A stretch of 20,000 nucleotides of DNA. Source: an uncultured virus (IMG/VR IMGVR_UViG_3300011440_000022) (Duplodnaviria > Heunggongvirae > Uroviricota > Caudoviricetes). Both the position numbers and the translations under genes were made by a program. The stretch lies in IMG/VR virus record IMGVR_UViG_3300011440_000022; one strand, written 5' to 3'. The notes below the pieces were generated by a model that was not told the origin of the DNA, did not search any database, and saw only the letters and a program-made list of their open reading frames with translations. This document shows, in pieces, positions 7,547-15,744 of this stretch (within the stretch, counting starts at the first letter, position 1; every line of letters begins with the position of its first letter).

Positions 7547-8563
7547 TCAATATTTAATCATGTAATTGACCACTTGGTACGGCGGATTAGCTGTGCTGGT
7601 ATCCCCGGTTCCCGATGCCCCGGTCGCCCCGGTTCCCGACGCCCCGGTAGCCCCGGTTCCCGCTGCCACCGATGATCCCAAGTCGTGAGTGTGGTGAGGA
7701 ATTGTGTGAGTATGAGTAGCTGATGCGCTGGTTCCACCGACATTATGCGTGTGGTTGGCGGCTGCGCTCGTCGTCCCACTAATGCTGATTGACACCGAAC
7801 CGGAGTGACCATGCCCTGAGCTTGCTCCTGAAATGGGGCCAGATTCGTGAAGAGTTGTTGCCGAAGGCCCGCCAGTCGAGAACGAATCCGTGCCGGTATC
7901 AGAGAAAGTGTGATCGTGACCGCCGCGAGCATCAGTGTCGCCAACCGAGTGAGAGTGAGCACCGCCTGATGAAGTCGCCCCGCCGCCGCCACTCGATGCC
8001 GAGTTTCCAAGATCGTGCGTGTGGCTCGGGCCGGTGTGAGTGTGGCTCGGGCCGGTGTGCGTGTGGGATGGCCCGTCGTGCGTGTGATTGATGTTTCCAC
8101 CACTCGCACCGGGAGCGCTGGTTCCTGCTCGGGGTGCATCAGAAGTTGTGCCTGCTCCCAACGGGAACCGACGAATCAAATCGGGAATATTGAAAGAGGT
8201 AGTGCCGTCACCCGCTCCGTAAGACGTTCCTATGACGGCGAAAAGCTCGGCATAGGTTGTCCGATCCTTGAGTGACCCATCACAGAGAAAGAATCCAGTC
8301 GGAGCGGCAGAGCCACCGTAAGGAAGGATGGTTCCGATTGGCACCCCTCCGGCCCCGCCACCGCCCATCGCATCGACATACTGCTTGGTCGCTGCTTCCA
8401 GAGGGGCGATGGGGTCAGCCTCAAGAATGAGCGGCCCCTCCATCGTGTCGCCATCGATAGACACGAAGAGTTCAGCATCGACTGGCACCCCGCCGACATC
8501 GACCGTTCCGGCAATCAGAATCCAATCGCCTTCGGACTCACTCCAAACCCTGGTGACTGCCAT
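7547..8563 (-). CDS. Short tail fibre / receptor-binding protein with tail collar domain and HxH repeats
   Basis: PIGTILPYGGSAAPTGFFLCDGS...YAELFAVIGTSYGAGDGTTSFNIPDL (collar domain), many HTH/HSH motifs, C-terminal NPPYQVVNYMIK, and an AATKQYVD neck motif. Confidence 0.85.
   Translation of the reverse strand: MAVTRVWSESEGDWILIAGTVDVGGVPVDAELFVSIDGDTMEGPLILEADPIAPLEAATKQYVDAMGGGGAGGVPIGTILPYGGSAAPTGFFLCDGSLKDRTTYAELFAVIGTSYGAGDGTTSFNIPDLIRRFPLGAGTTSDAPRAGTSAPGASGGNINHTHDGPSHTHTGPSHTHTGPSHTHDLGNSASSGGGGATSSGGAHSHSVGDTDARGGHDHTFSDTGTDSFSTGGPSATTLHESGPISGASSGHGHSGSVSISISGTTSAAANHTHNVGGTSASATHTHTIPHHTHDLGSSVAAGTGATGASGTGATGASGTGDTSTANPPYQVVNYMIKY
8015..8088. repeat. 21-nt coding tandem repeat (HTHxGPS x3)
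   Basis: gtgtggctcgggccggtgtg units with 21-nt period, in frame within the tail fibre gene. Confidence 0.75.
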
Positions 8564-8568
8564 CTACA

Positions 8569-11500
8569 TCACCCCGAGGTTGCCTTGATGATGAAATTCA
8601 ACCCGAGGTAAGGCGGGCGGTTCTCGTGAGCCGTCGTAGCGGCGGGAGTGGAACCGGTGTTGAACTGAGCGATGTCGATGCTGTGAGTGTGGCTAGGCGT
8701 ATCTCCACCAGAATCGAAGGCCGGAATGTTGACGTTGTGAATGTGAGGCTGGCCGGTGTCGGATGCGCTGGTGACACCCATTGTCTGATCGGTTCCGGTC
8801 GCTCCCGATCCGGTGGCGAGGCGTGTCTCCTGGGTGTGACCGTGAGCACCGGAAGCGGTCGGGCGGGACGACGTGTTCAGCGTGACAACATGATCGTGGT
8901 TGGCATCCTTGCCTCCCGATGCGGTGGTTGGCGGGTCGATGTTGTGAGTGTGGCTTACCGAGCGACCGCCAGATGTCGTGCTCGGCGGGTTGACAGTGTG
9001 AGTGTGAATTGGCCCTTCCCCCGGCTGCAAGACGTGACGAGCTTCACCGCCAACCGCACCCATCCCATAGGTGTCCGTGTCGAGCGTGCCAAGCCCTATG
9101 GGGAATCTGCCTCTCATATCCGGCACGTTGAAGGTGGTTGTCCCGTCGCCTGCTCCGAAGGTGGTTCCGATTTGTGAAAACAGACCGGCGTAACCGGTTC
9201 GCGAATAGGGCGCTCCGTCACAGAGCAAGAATCCAGCTGGCGCGGTCAGACCGGCATACGGAAGCACCACACCAAGCGGAAGCAATGCCGCCTCCGGCGC
9301 GAGGTTCTCATCGGGATTCGTCCAAATCAAACGATCCGGCGGTAAGACCGGCTCGGTGTTTTGAATGAGATGCCGGTCGCCGATATTGAGCCAGTCGCCA
9401 TTGTCAGCGTCCCATATTTGAGCGTCACCGGATGGAAGATCGCCACCTAGAGATTCGTCATCGGTATCAACCCAAATGAAGGTGTCGGGTGGATCGGCTG
9501 GTTTCTCGCTTGGGTCTCCGACAGCATGAAGAGCCTCACTTCCCGAACCCGAGACCTCGACCCACTGCAAGTTGTCCTCGTCCCACACCCGATAGGTTCC
9601 GGTGTCGGGATCGACCCACAACATTCCATCGGCTGGTGACACTGGCTCGGTTGCATCGACAACATGCGGCGCAGCGTCAATTCCCGGTGGCCCTTGTGGG
9701 CCTTCCGGCCCTGGTGGGCCTTCGGCACCCGCTGGCCCCTCCAAACCTTGCGGGCCTTCCGCCCCATCAGCGCCGGTTGCTCCCGTTGAGCCGGTAGCTC
9801 CCACTGGCCCTTGCGGGCCTTCGGCACCGACATCACCTTGTGGCCCCTCGGGGCCAATCTCACCTTGCGGCCCTTCGGGGCCAATCTCACCTTGTGGGCC
9901 TTGCGCTCCGGTCGCGCCGGTGGCTCCGGTGGCTCCGGTGGCTCCGGCAGGCCCAACGTCACCTTGAGGGCCGGTAGCTCCGGTTGCGCCAGTGGCACCT
10001 TGCGGGCCTTCTGGCCCACGAATCGGCCCGACGTTGACCCATTGAGTCCCGTCCCACATGACCCCGTCACCGGCCAATCCTCCGGTTATCGGGCCGGGAC
10101 GGTCGGGGGCAGTGGTGTCGGTTGCCGAGAGAATCCACATGTCGCCGGTGTCGGGCGACGGGATGGCATCGATGTTGGGCCAAGTGTCGGTGCCCTCGAT
10201 GGTGACGCTGGTACCGGCGGGGCCGGTTGCCCCGGTCGGGCCGGTTGGCCCTATTGGGCCTTCTGGCCCTGGATCACCTTGAGGGCCAGTAGAGCCGGTC
10301 GCGCCGGTAGCACCGGGATCACCCTGTGGGCCGGTTGCTCCGGTCGCACCGGTCGGGCCGGGATCGCCTTGCGGCCCTTCTGCCCCGGTAGCGCCGGTGG
10401 CTCCGGTTGGGCCGGGGTCGCCTTGGTCTCCCTTCGGGCCGGTAGCGCCGGTAGCTCCATCTGCTCCCGCTGGCCCTGGATCGCCGGTAGCTCCGGTCGG
10501 GCCAGTTGCTCCGGTCGGCCCGGTAGCGCCTGGTGTTCCCGCTGGCCCTTGAATTCCCTCTTCACCTTGTGGCCCGGCAGGGCCGGTAGCTCCGATTGGC
10601 CCCTCGGGGCCGACTGGCCCTTGCGGGCCGGTCGCTCCCGTCGCTCCGGTTGCTCCGGTGGCTCCGGTGTCTCCTGGCGGGCCGGTGATACCTATTGGCC
10701 CCTGCTCGCCTTCCTCACCCTGTGGCCCTGGTGGGCCTTCCACTCCTGCGGGGCCGGTGGCTCCTACTGGCCCTTCGGGGCCGATTGGCCCTGGATCGCC
10801 TTGCGGCCCCTCGGGGCCGGGGGTGAGTTCAATTGCACCGATCTGACTATCGACGTAATGCTTGTTCGCCGCCTCGTCGGGGAACAGCGGATCGCCAGCA
10901 AGATTGAGCGCTCCGGTCAGAGTCCCGCCGGTCAGCGGGAGATAGAGCGCTAGGTCATCGGCGACATCTCCAACCTCGGAATCGATGTAGGTGTAGAGGT
11001 CTCCGATGTTCTGCCACGTTGCCGCCTGCAATGGTGGCGAGCCAGCGGTAGGTGACTCATTGAGAATGAGGTCGCCGAGCATGGTGCCACCGGCAAGGGG
11101 GAGGAAGGCACCATCGCTACCCCCCACTTCGATCCACTCTGCATTATCTGCGTCCCAAATTTGGGTTACTTCGGTGGTGGGGTTCGTCCAGAGAGCACCA
11201 TCCGGTGGTGCGGTCGGAGCGGTTGATTGCACCACATGATGGGAAGAGACCACCAAAGAGACCCGGCTATCCACGTAGCCCTTGTGCGCCGCCTCAGACG
11301 GGTTGGTGGGATTGGGAGCAGGAAGATAGAGCGGGCCGGTCAACGTGCCGCCAACAAGAGGCAGAAATTCTCCGTCACCGCCGCCGCCCTCGGGCGGCTC
11401 CCCGATAGCAATGGCTGTGTGTCCCGCCCAAAAGACAACGACGTTCTCGGTGGGATTCACAATCCCATGCACGATGACTTGTCGTATCTCTCGGTCTTGA

Positions 11501-11640
11501 AGCTGGATATTGGCCCCGGTTGGCCCGACCGAGACCACAGTTCCGACTTGCATCCGAACCGGCTTGTCTTCCCCGAAGCGCAGAGCATCTCGGGTCTGAA
11601 TCTCCCGAATGAGCTTTTGACGGCCCTTCGGGGTTATCAC
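8569..11640 (-). CDS. Long tail fibre protein with collagen-like G-X-Y repeats, tail collar domain and HxH tip
   Basis: 1023 aa. Long GXY runs ([12 protein letters not shown]), three LPLxGGTL/MxG neck motifs, PxxGxLW..WD..W repeats, collar motif [33 protein letters not shown], and C-terminal [18 protein letters not shown] overlap with the upstream gene. Confidence 0.88.
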   Translation of the reverse strand: MITPKGRQKLIREIQTRDALRFGEDKPVRMQVGTVVSVGPTGANIQLQDREIRQVIVHGIVNPTENVVVFWAGHTAIAIGEPPEGGGGDGEFLPLVGGTLTGPLYLPAPNPTNPSEAAHKGYVDSRVSLVVSSHHVVQSTAPTAPPDGALWTNPTTEVTQIWDADNAEWIEVGGSDGAFLPLAGGTMLGDLILNESPTAGSPPLQAATWQNIGDLYTYIDSEVGDVADDLALYLPLTGGTLTGALNLAGDPLFPDEAANKHYVDSQIGAIELTPGPEGPQGDPGPIGPEGPVGATGPAGVEGPPGPQGEEGEQGPIGITGPPGDTGATGATGATGATGPQGPVGPEGPIGATGPAGPQGEEGIQGPAGTPGATGPTGATGPTGATGDPGPAGADGATGATGPKGDQGDPGPTGATGATGAEGPQGDPGPTGATGATGPQGDPGATGATGSTGPQGDPGPEGPIGPTGPTGATGPAGTSVTIEGTDTWPNIDAIPSPDTGDMWILSATDTTAPDRPGPITGGLAGDGVMWDGTQWVNVGPIRGPEGPQGATGATGATGPQGDVGPAGATGATGATGATGAQGPQGEIGPEGPQGEIGPEGPQGDVGAEGPQGPVGATGSTGATGADGAEGPQGLEGPAGAEGPPGPEGPQGPPGIDAAPHVVDATEPVSPADGMLWVDPDTGTYRVWDEDNLQWVEVSGSGSEALHAVGDPSEKPADPPDTFIWVDTDDESLGGDLPSGDAQIWDADNGDWLNIGDRHLIQNTEPVLPPDRLIWTNPDENLAPEAALLPLGVVLPYAGLTAPAGFLLCDGAPYSRTGYAGLFSQIGTTFGAGDGTTTFNVPDMRGRFPIGLGTLDTDTYGMGAVGGEARHVLQPGEGPIHTHTVNPPSTTSGGRSVSHTHNIDPPTTASGGKDANHDHVVTLNTSSRPTASGAHGHTQETRLATGSGATGTDQTMGVTSASDTGQPHIHNVNIPAFDSGGDTPSHTHSIDIAQFNTGSTPAATTAHENRPPYLGLNFIIKATSG
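9682..10820 (-). repeat. Collagen-like 9-nt periodic coding repeat, interrupted at about 10020-10215 by a non-GXY segment
   Basis: Repeated ggctccggt/ggcccttc units; two G-X-Y blocks flank [11 protein letters not shown]...[14 protein letters not shown]. Confidence 0.85.
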
Positions 11641-12950
11641 TCCGGCACCCTCAGTCTTTTCAAAACCGTGGAAGTCTCACCGTTCGCCACGGTCTCAGCC
11701 GAGAAGCTGGTGTCAGCCCCGAGTCCAATGGTGATAGAGCGAATCAAGTGAAATTCAGAAAGGAACTCCTGTCCGGCGCTGGCTCCTGATGTCAGAGTCG
11801 GATTGACCGGATAGCGAAGCTCGACCACGTCACCCGCCTCGATGAGCGGATTTGGAACAGTTTCAAAATTGACCGCCGAGTGATAATCCTTCCGCCTCCG
11901 CAAAAGGTTGTTCGCCACCCGAATGACGGTGTTGTTGGCTCCCGCCGTGTTGTTGGGCAGGAATTCCACCCGATGGAACATCGGCACCTGGCCGAACGGC
12001 CCCTCCCAATAGGTCGGTGAGAGCACGTCCATGTCCTTCGCCAGATGCGAAGCCTGCAATTTCAAATTCCCGATGGCGTACTCCCCGAAGGCGAGCACTG
12101 CGTTAAAGACCTCTTCTCGGGTGAACTCCATGTCGTATCGCATGAGCACCCCGGCCTCGTCACCGTTGATTACAAAATCGATGGGAGCATCAGCCGGACT
12201 CGGCATGTCGTCAATGACGTACGAATTGTCCCGGTCGAAGCGGCCCCACACTTCGTTCGCCTCCTGATATTCCAAAATCAGATCGAGGCGCTCCCGGTCA
12301 TCGGTGAGCACACTGCCCGGCGGGAAGACGTAGTCGAGGTCTTGGCCTCCGGTGTTGGCACGGAAGGGAACGAGGTTGCCAGAGATGGATTTGGGGAACG
12401 CCTCTTCGACTAGGTACTGAAGTATGCCGAGCATTACGTTCTCGCCAATCTCGCCGGGGGCCACACCAGCGATGGGAGTTTTCAAAAAGCGAGCCTCCCG
12501 AATATCCGCCTCCATCGAGTACCCGGTGACCCCCAACTCGTAGCCAGTCTCGGCATTACCGGAAGTTGAAACCGAGTGCAGCCGGTAGACCCCGAGCGGG
12601 ACAAGCATCTGCTCGCCATTCACAGTCTCGATTCCTCGGGCGACAGCGATCAGAGATTTGTAGGGAGTGGCCTCAACCAAGATGTCGAAAGGATCGTCCC
12701 AATAATCAGAAGCGACCGACAGAGAAAGCTCTCGGGTGATGGCCTCGCCCAAGGTCTCGGTGACTTCCCCACTGATGACCTTGAACTTGGTCTCCGTCCA
12801 TCCGGTCGGATCGACCATCGGATGGAGCTTCCACTGAGCCGGGTCGTACTGCGTGCCCCACACTTTGATAACGGACTTGTGGGTGCCACGCACCGATTCG
12901 TTGATGCGGGGAATCTCGTCGGGATTCACGTACTGCTCGACGTACCTCAT
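11637..12950 (-). CDS. Minor tail protein (baseplate hub / Tal-like, DUF5047-like)
   Basis: 437 aa, located after the Dit-like gene. [30 protein letters not shown] and [11 protein letters not shown] resemble actinophage minor tail proteins. Confidence 0.72.
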   Translation of the reverse strand: MRYVEQYVNPDEIPRINESVRGTHKSVIKVWGTQYDPAQWKLHPMVDPTGWTETKFKVISGEVTETLGEAITRELSLSVASDYWDDPFDILVEATPYKSLIAVARGIETVNGEQMLVPLGVYRLHSVSTSGNAETGYELGVTGYSMEADIREARFLKTPIAGVAPGEIGENVMLGILQYLVEEAFPKSISGNLVPFRANTGGQDLDYVFPPGSVLTDDRERLDLILEYQEANEVWGRFDRDNSYVIDDMPSPADAPIDFVINGDEAGVLMRYDMEFTREEVFNAVLAFGEYAIGNLKLQASHLAKDMDVLSPTYWEGPFGQVPMFHRVEFLPNNTAGANNTVIRVANNLLRRRKDYHSAVNFETVPNPLIEAGDVVELRYPVNPTLTSGASAGQEFLSEFHLIRSITIGLGADTSFSAETVANGETSTVLKRLRVPE

Positions 12951-14008
12951 GGCGTGTCAAACAACGCCTCACCGAAGGTCTTGCCCGAGATGCGAAGCTG
13001 ATTGAACGAAGTCCAACGGTCGTCGGGATTGCCGTGGAAGGCACCATCGGGTGGGTCGGTCTCCCAAATAATCCAGCCGCCTTCGGGGTAGGTGGTGTCG
13101 CCGGACTCGCCGCCCTCGGCCAACCCAAAGGGAATGCCAGGACGCTCCAACGGCTGCGTAAAGGCCGGTGGCGCAATCTCGACATAGTCAATGGAGAAGT
13201 AGTGCCAGGGAATCCGACCATCAGGATTGAGCCATCCCTCTCGTACTTCCAGTGGTTGGAAATACAACTGGCCCTCTTTCCCGATCATGTAATCGGTGGG
13301 CAAGCTGAGAAGAGTGGGCTGCGCTTTCTTGGTGAAGATGCGCTGCAAGCCCTCGACCTCTTCCGTCGTCCGACCGATCAGCCGGAGCGTGCCCCGAGCC
13401 GAGGACTGCTCATCCATGACCACGACCGGATCGGAACGGCCAATGACGGTGAAGACACCGACCCTCGGATCGAACGACCGCTCTTGCAACGGGCCTGCGA
13501 TGCAAAAAGTGCTGGTGAGGTTGCCGGGATTGAGAAGCCACCGAACGTAGGTGGCGTCCGACCCACACTGAGTTCGGAAGGGCGGGAGGGTTGGTAGGAC
13601 ATCAATGGTCTCGCCGGTGACATCATCCACCATCGAGTAAACGAGAGGGTGGTCGAGCGGAGCCTCGTAATCCACGACTTGGCGCTCGGTACTCTCGGCG
13701 ATATTGGTCAGCCCGCGCACCGGCTCGTAGCTGCTCGTTACCACGTCGCTCCGATACACCGTGACCGGGTTGCTGCCCGCCAGCACCGACACCCGAATGA
13801 CGTACCCCCCGAAGTAGCAGTTGGCGTCAACGCTGAGAATGCCGGTAGTCGGGGTCTCAGTGGTGGCGGTTACTTCGTTTGTCGGCGCAGAGTCGCCATT
13901 GTCGTTGAAAGCGATTACACGAAACGTGTATTCGGTAGCCGGTTCAAGATTCTCGACTTGGTAGAAGGTGTAGTTCGATCCAATGGTTTCGACCGTTACC
14001 CAACTCAT
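12947..14008 (-). CDS. Minor tail protein (distal-tail-like) beginning with the C-terminal half of an FN3 domain
   Basis: Preferred start is ATG 14008 with GAGGA 6 nt upstream (353 aa). N-terminus WVTVETIGSNYTFYQVENLEPATEYTFRVIAFNDNGDSAPTNEVTATT, then VRG..DYEAPL..Y and VFTVIGRSDPVVV as in actinophage post-tape-measure tail proteins. Confidence 0.72.
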   Translation of the reverse strand: MSWVTVETIGSNYTFYQVENLEPATEYTFRVIAFNDNGDSAPTNEVTATTETPTTGILSVDANCYFGGYVIRVSVLAGSNPVTVYRSDVVTSSYEPVRGLTNIAESTERQVVDYEAPLDHPLVYSMVDDVTGETIDVLPTLPPFRTQCGSDATYVRWLLNPGNLTSTFCIAGPLQERSFDPRVGVFTVIGRSDPVVVMDEQSSARGTLRLIGRTTEEVEGLQRIFTKKAQPTLLSLPTDYMIGKEGQLYFQPLEVREGWLNPDGRIPWHYFSIDYVEIAPPAFTQPLERPGIPFGLAEGGESGDTTYPEGGWIIWETDPPDGAFHGNPDDRWTSFNQLRISGKTFGEALFDTP

Positions 14009-14010
14009 GC

Positions 14011-15744
14011 TCAGTCCTCTACCCAAACTTCGATTCTGAATCCGGTCTCATCGTCGGAATTGTCAACCCAAGCCAAGTCAATAGTGGTCAGATCAATGGC
14101 GGTCACAGACAAAAAGGTTGGAGCATCTGGCGGTGGTGCTGCCGGGGTGATGCCCCACTTCTCCATGAGATAGGCCTCGATGGTGTCAGTGTCCGCGGGC
14201 GACACCATCCCGTCGTAAGCCAGCAATTCGTACATGGTGAATTGGCTGTATTTGTCCTCTGACTCGTACGGCCCTATGTAGAAGTTGCCACTCGGTGTAA
14301 ATCCGGCGTACTCCCCGGTCTCTCTTGTCAGCCCGTTTATACCGACTTGAGATTCACCATCGCCAGGATCATTGTGATGAAACGTCCAGAGGGAATACTC
14401 ATCTTCCAGGGAAGCATCGATGAACTCCATTGCATCAGCATCGGAAACACCGACGAACCAATCCCCGGCTACTACAGCCTGCTTCCCAAGCCACAGATAG
14501 CTTGGTGACGAGATGATGCTGTGCACTAAGCCCGAGGCCGGTGGATTCTTGGTCACAAGAAAGTAGGTGGACGGCCCAACCGCCGACGCCCCGAGAAGAC
14601 CTAGCCGCGAGTTCCCATCAAACCGGACTCCCGGCAAGTCGTTGAGTGAGACAGTTTCAAAAACGGGAGCGTTGGACGGTTCCTCAAGAGTGTGACTGGC
14701 ATCGAGCAATGACGGCCAGGACGTGACATTCGCCCCATCCGCATATCCGGTCAATTGCGAAGCGTCCCAATCTCGGATGAGGGTGCTGGCAATAACGGGC
14801 GGTAGCACCGGGTCTGAGGTAGTAGCGCTCGCCTCATTGGACGGGTCGGAATCTCCATTCTCGTTGAAAGCGACTATTCGGAAGGTGTGAGAAACAGCGA
14901 CCTCAAGCCCCGGCACAGTAAAGGTGGTCTCGTCGGGAGCGACCGTGTCCACTTCGACCCATGACCCCGACACGTCCTGTTCGATTCTGAATCCGTCCTC
15001 GTCATCAGAGTTATCAGCCCACTCAAGATCGATGGAAGTTGGGCCGGTGGCCGTGGCAACCAAATCGGATGGGGCATCGGGAACGGGCGGTAGAAACCAC
15101 TTGGCGTAGAGGTAGTCCTCGATGATGTCAATGTCAGAGGCCGAGACCTCACCGGCGTAAATGAGAACTTCATTGGCAGTGAAATCAGCGGGGTTTCCCC
15201 CGGTGTTGTTGCCAAACCCAACCACGTTTGAACCGGGGCCGGGGCCGGTGTTGCCCGTCGCCCGCTGCACCTGATTGGCCCTGAGCTTGGTGTTTGGCCC
15301 GGCGTATACCCCCGTCCAGAGACAGAAGGCACCGAGCAAGGTGGCATCGGTGAACTCAAGAAATGAGAACTGACTGAGTCCGAAAATCCACCTACCTACC
15401 GTTCCCTCCCACTCGTTGAAAATGATGTGACCATTGGACTGAGGCACCATCGAGTGACGACTTGCATCGTTGGGTGGATTACGCAACACCATAAATACGG
15501 TGAAGGTGGTCAACGTCGGCCCGGTGGAAGCGGTCAGTGATTGTGTGCCAGCGAAACGAACTCCCGGCATAACGCCCAACGGTGAATCGCCAACCTCAAA
15601 GGTAGGGCCACCGCTGGTTGCGGCAGTTGCCGGGCCACCGCCCATCAGATCAGCCCATGATGTGATGCTGGCCCCATCTGCCAGCGACAAGACACTGGCA
15701 TCCCAATGACGGGCGAGCGTGTTGGCGATTACAGGGGGTGGCAT
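14011..15744 (-). CDS. Tail-associated protein with two LamG/ConA-like beta-sandwich domains, one complete FN3 and a C-terminal half FN3
   Basis: 577 aa. Internal duplication: PPVIANTLARHWDAS..DGASITSW..GVRF..EVLIY..IEDYLYAKW versus PPVIASTLIRDWDAS..DGANVTSW..GVRF..ELLAY..IEAYLMEKW, each followed by PDAP..IDLxWxDNSDDExGFRIE. TAATG overlap with the tape measure stop. Confidence 0.78.
   Translation of the reverse strand: MPPPVIANTLARHWDASVLSLADGASITSWADLMGGGPATAATSGGPTFEVGDSPLGVMPGVRFAGTQSLTASTGPTLTTFTVFMVLRNPPNDASRHSMVPQSNGHIIFNEWEGTVGRWIFGLSQFSFLEFTDATLLGAFCLWTGVYAGPNTKLRANQVQRATGNTGPGPGSNVVGFGNNTGGNPADFTANEVLIYAGEVSASDIDIIEDYLYAKWFLPPVPDAPSDLVATATGPTSIDLEWADNSDDEDGFRIEQDVSGSWVEVDTVAPDETTFTVPGLEVAVSHTFRIVAFNENGDSDPSNEASATTSDPVLPPVIASTLIRDWDASQLTGYADGANVTSWPSLLDASHTLEEPSNAPVFETVSLNDLPGVRFDGNSRLGLLGASAVGPSTYFLVTKNPPASGLVHSIISSPSYLWLGKQAVVAGDWFVGVSDADAMEFIDASLEDEYSLWTFHHNDPGDGESQVGINGLTRETGEYAGFTPSGNFYIGPYESEDKYSQFTMYELLAYDGMVSPADTDTIEAYLMEKWGITPAAPPPDAPTFLSVTAIDLTTIDLAWVDNSDDETGFRIEVWVED

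Noticed and set aside
7547..9300. Diversity-generating retroelement acting on the two fibre tips
   Set aside because: No reverse transcriptase in the window, and no near-identical repeat pair differing only at adenines; the similarity is at protein level only.
9602..10953. Plus-strand ORFs of 380 aa and 121 aa, and a possible CRISPR-like array
   Set aside because: Antisense artefacts of GC-rich collagen codons; the repeats are 9-nt periodic coding units without unique spacers.
14009..14026. TTG start at 14026 for the Dit-like gene
   Set aside because: ATG 14008 has a well-spaced GAGGA and begins exactly at the FN3 second half.
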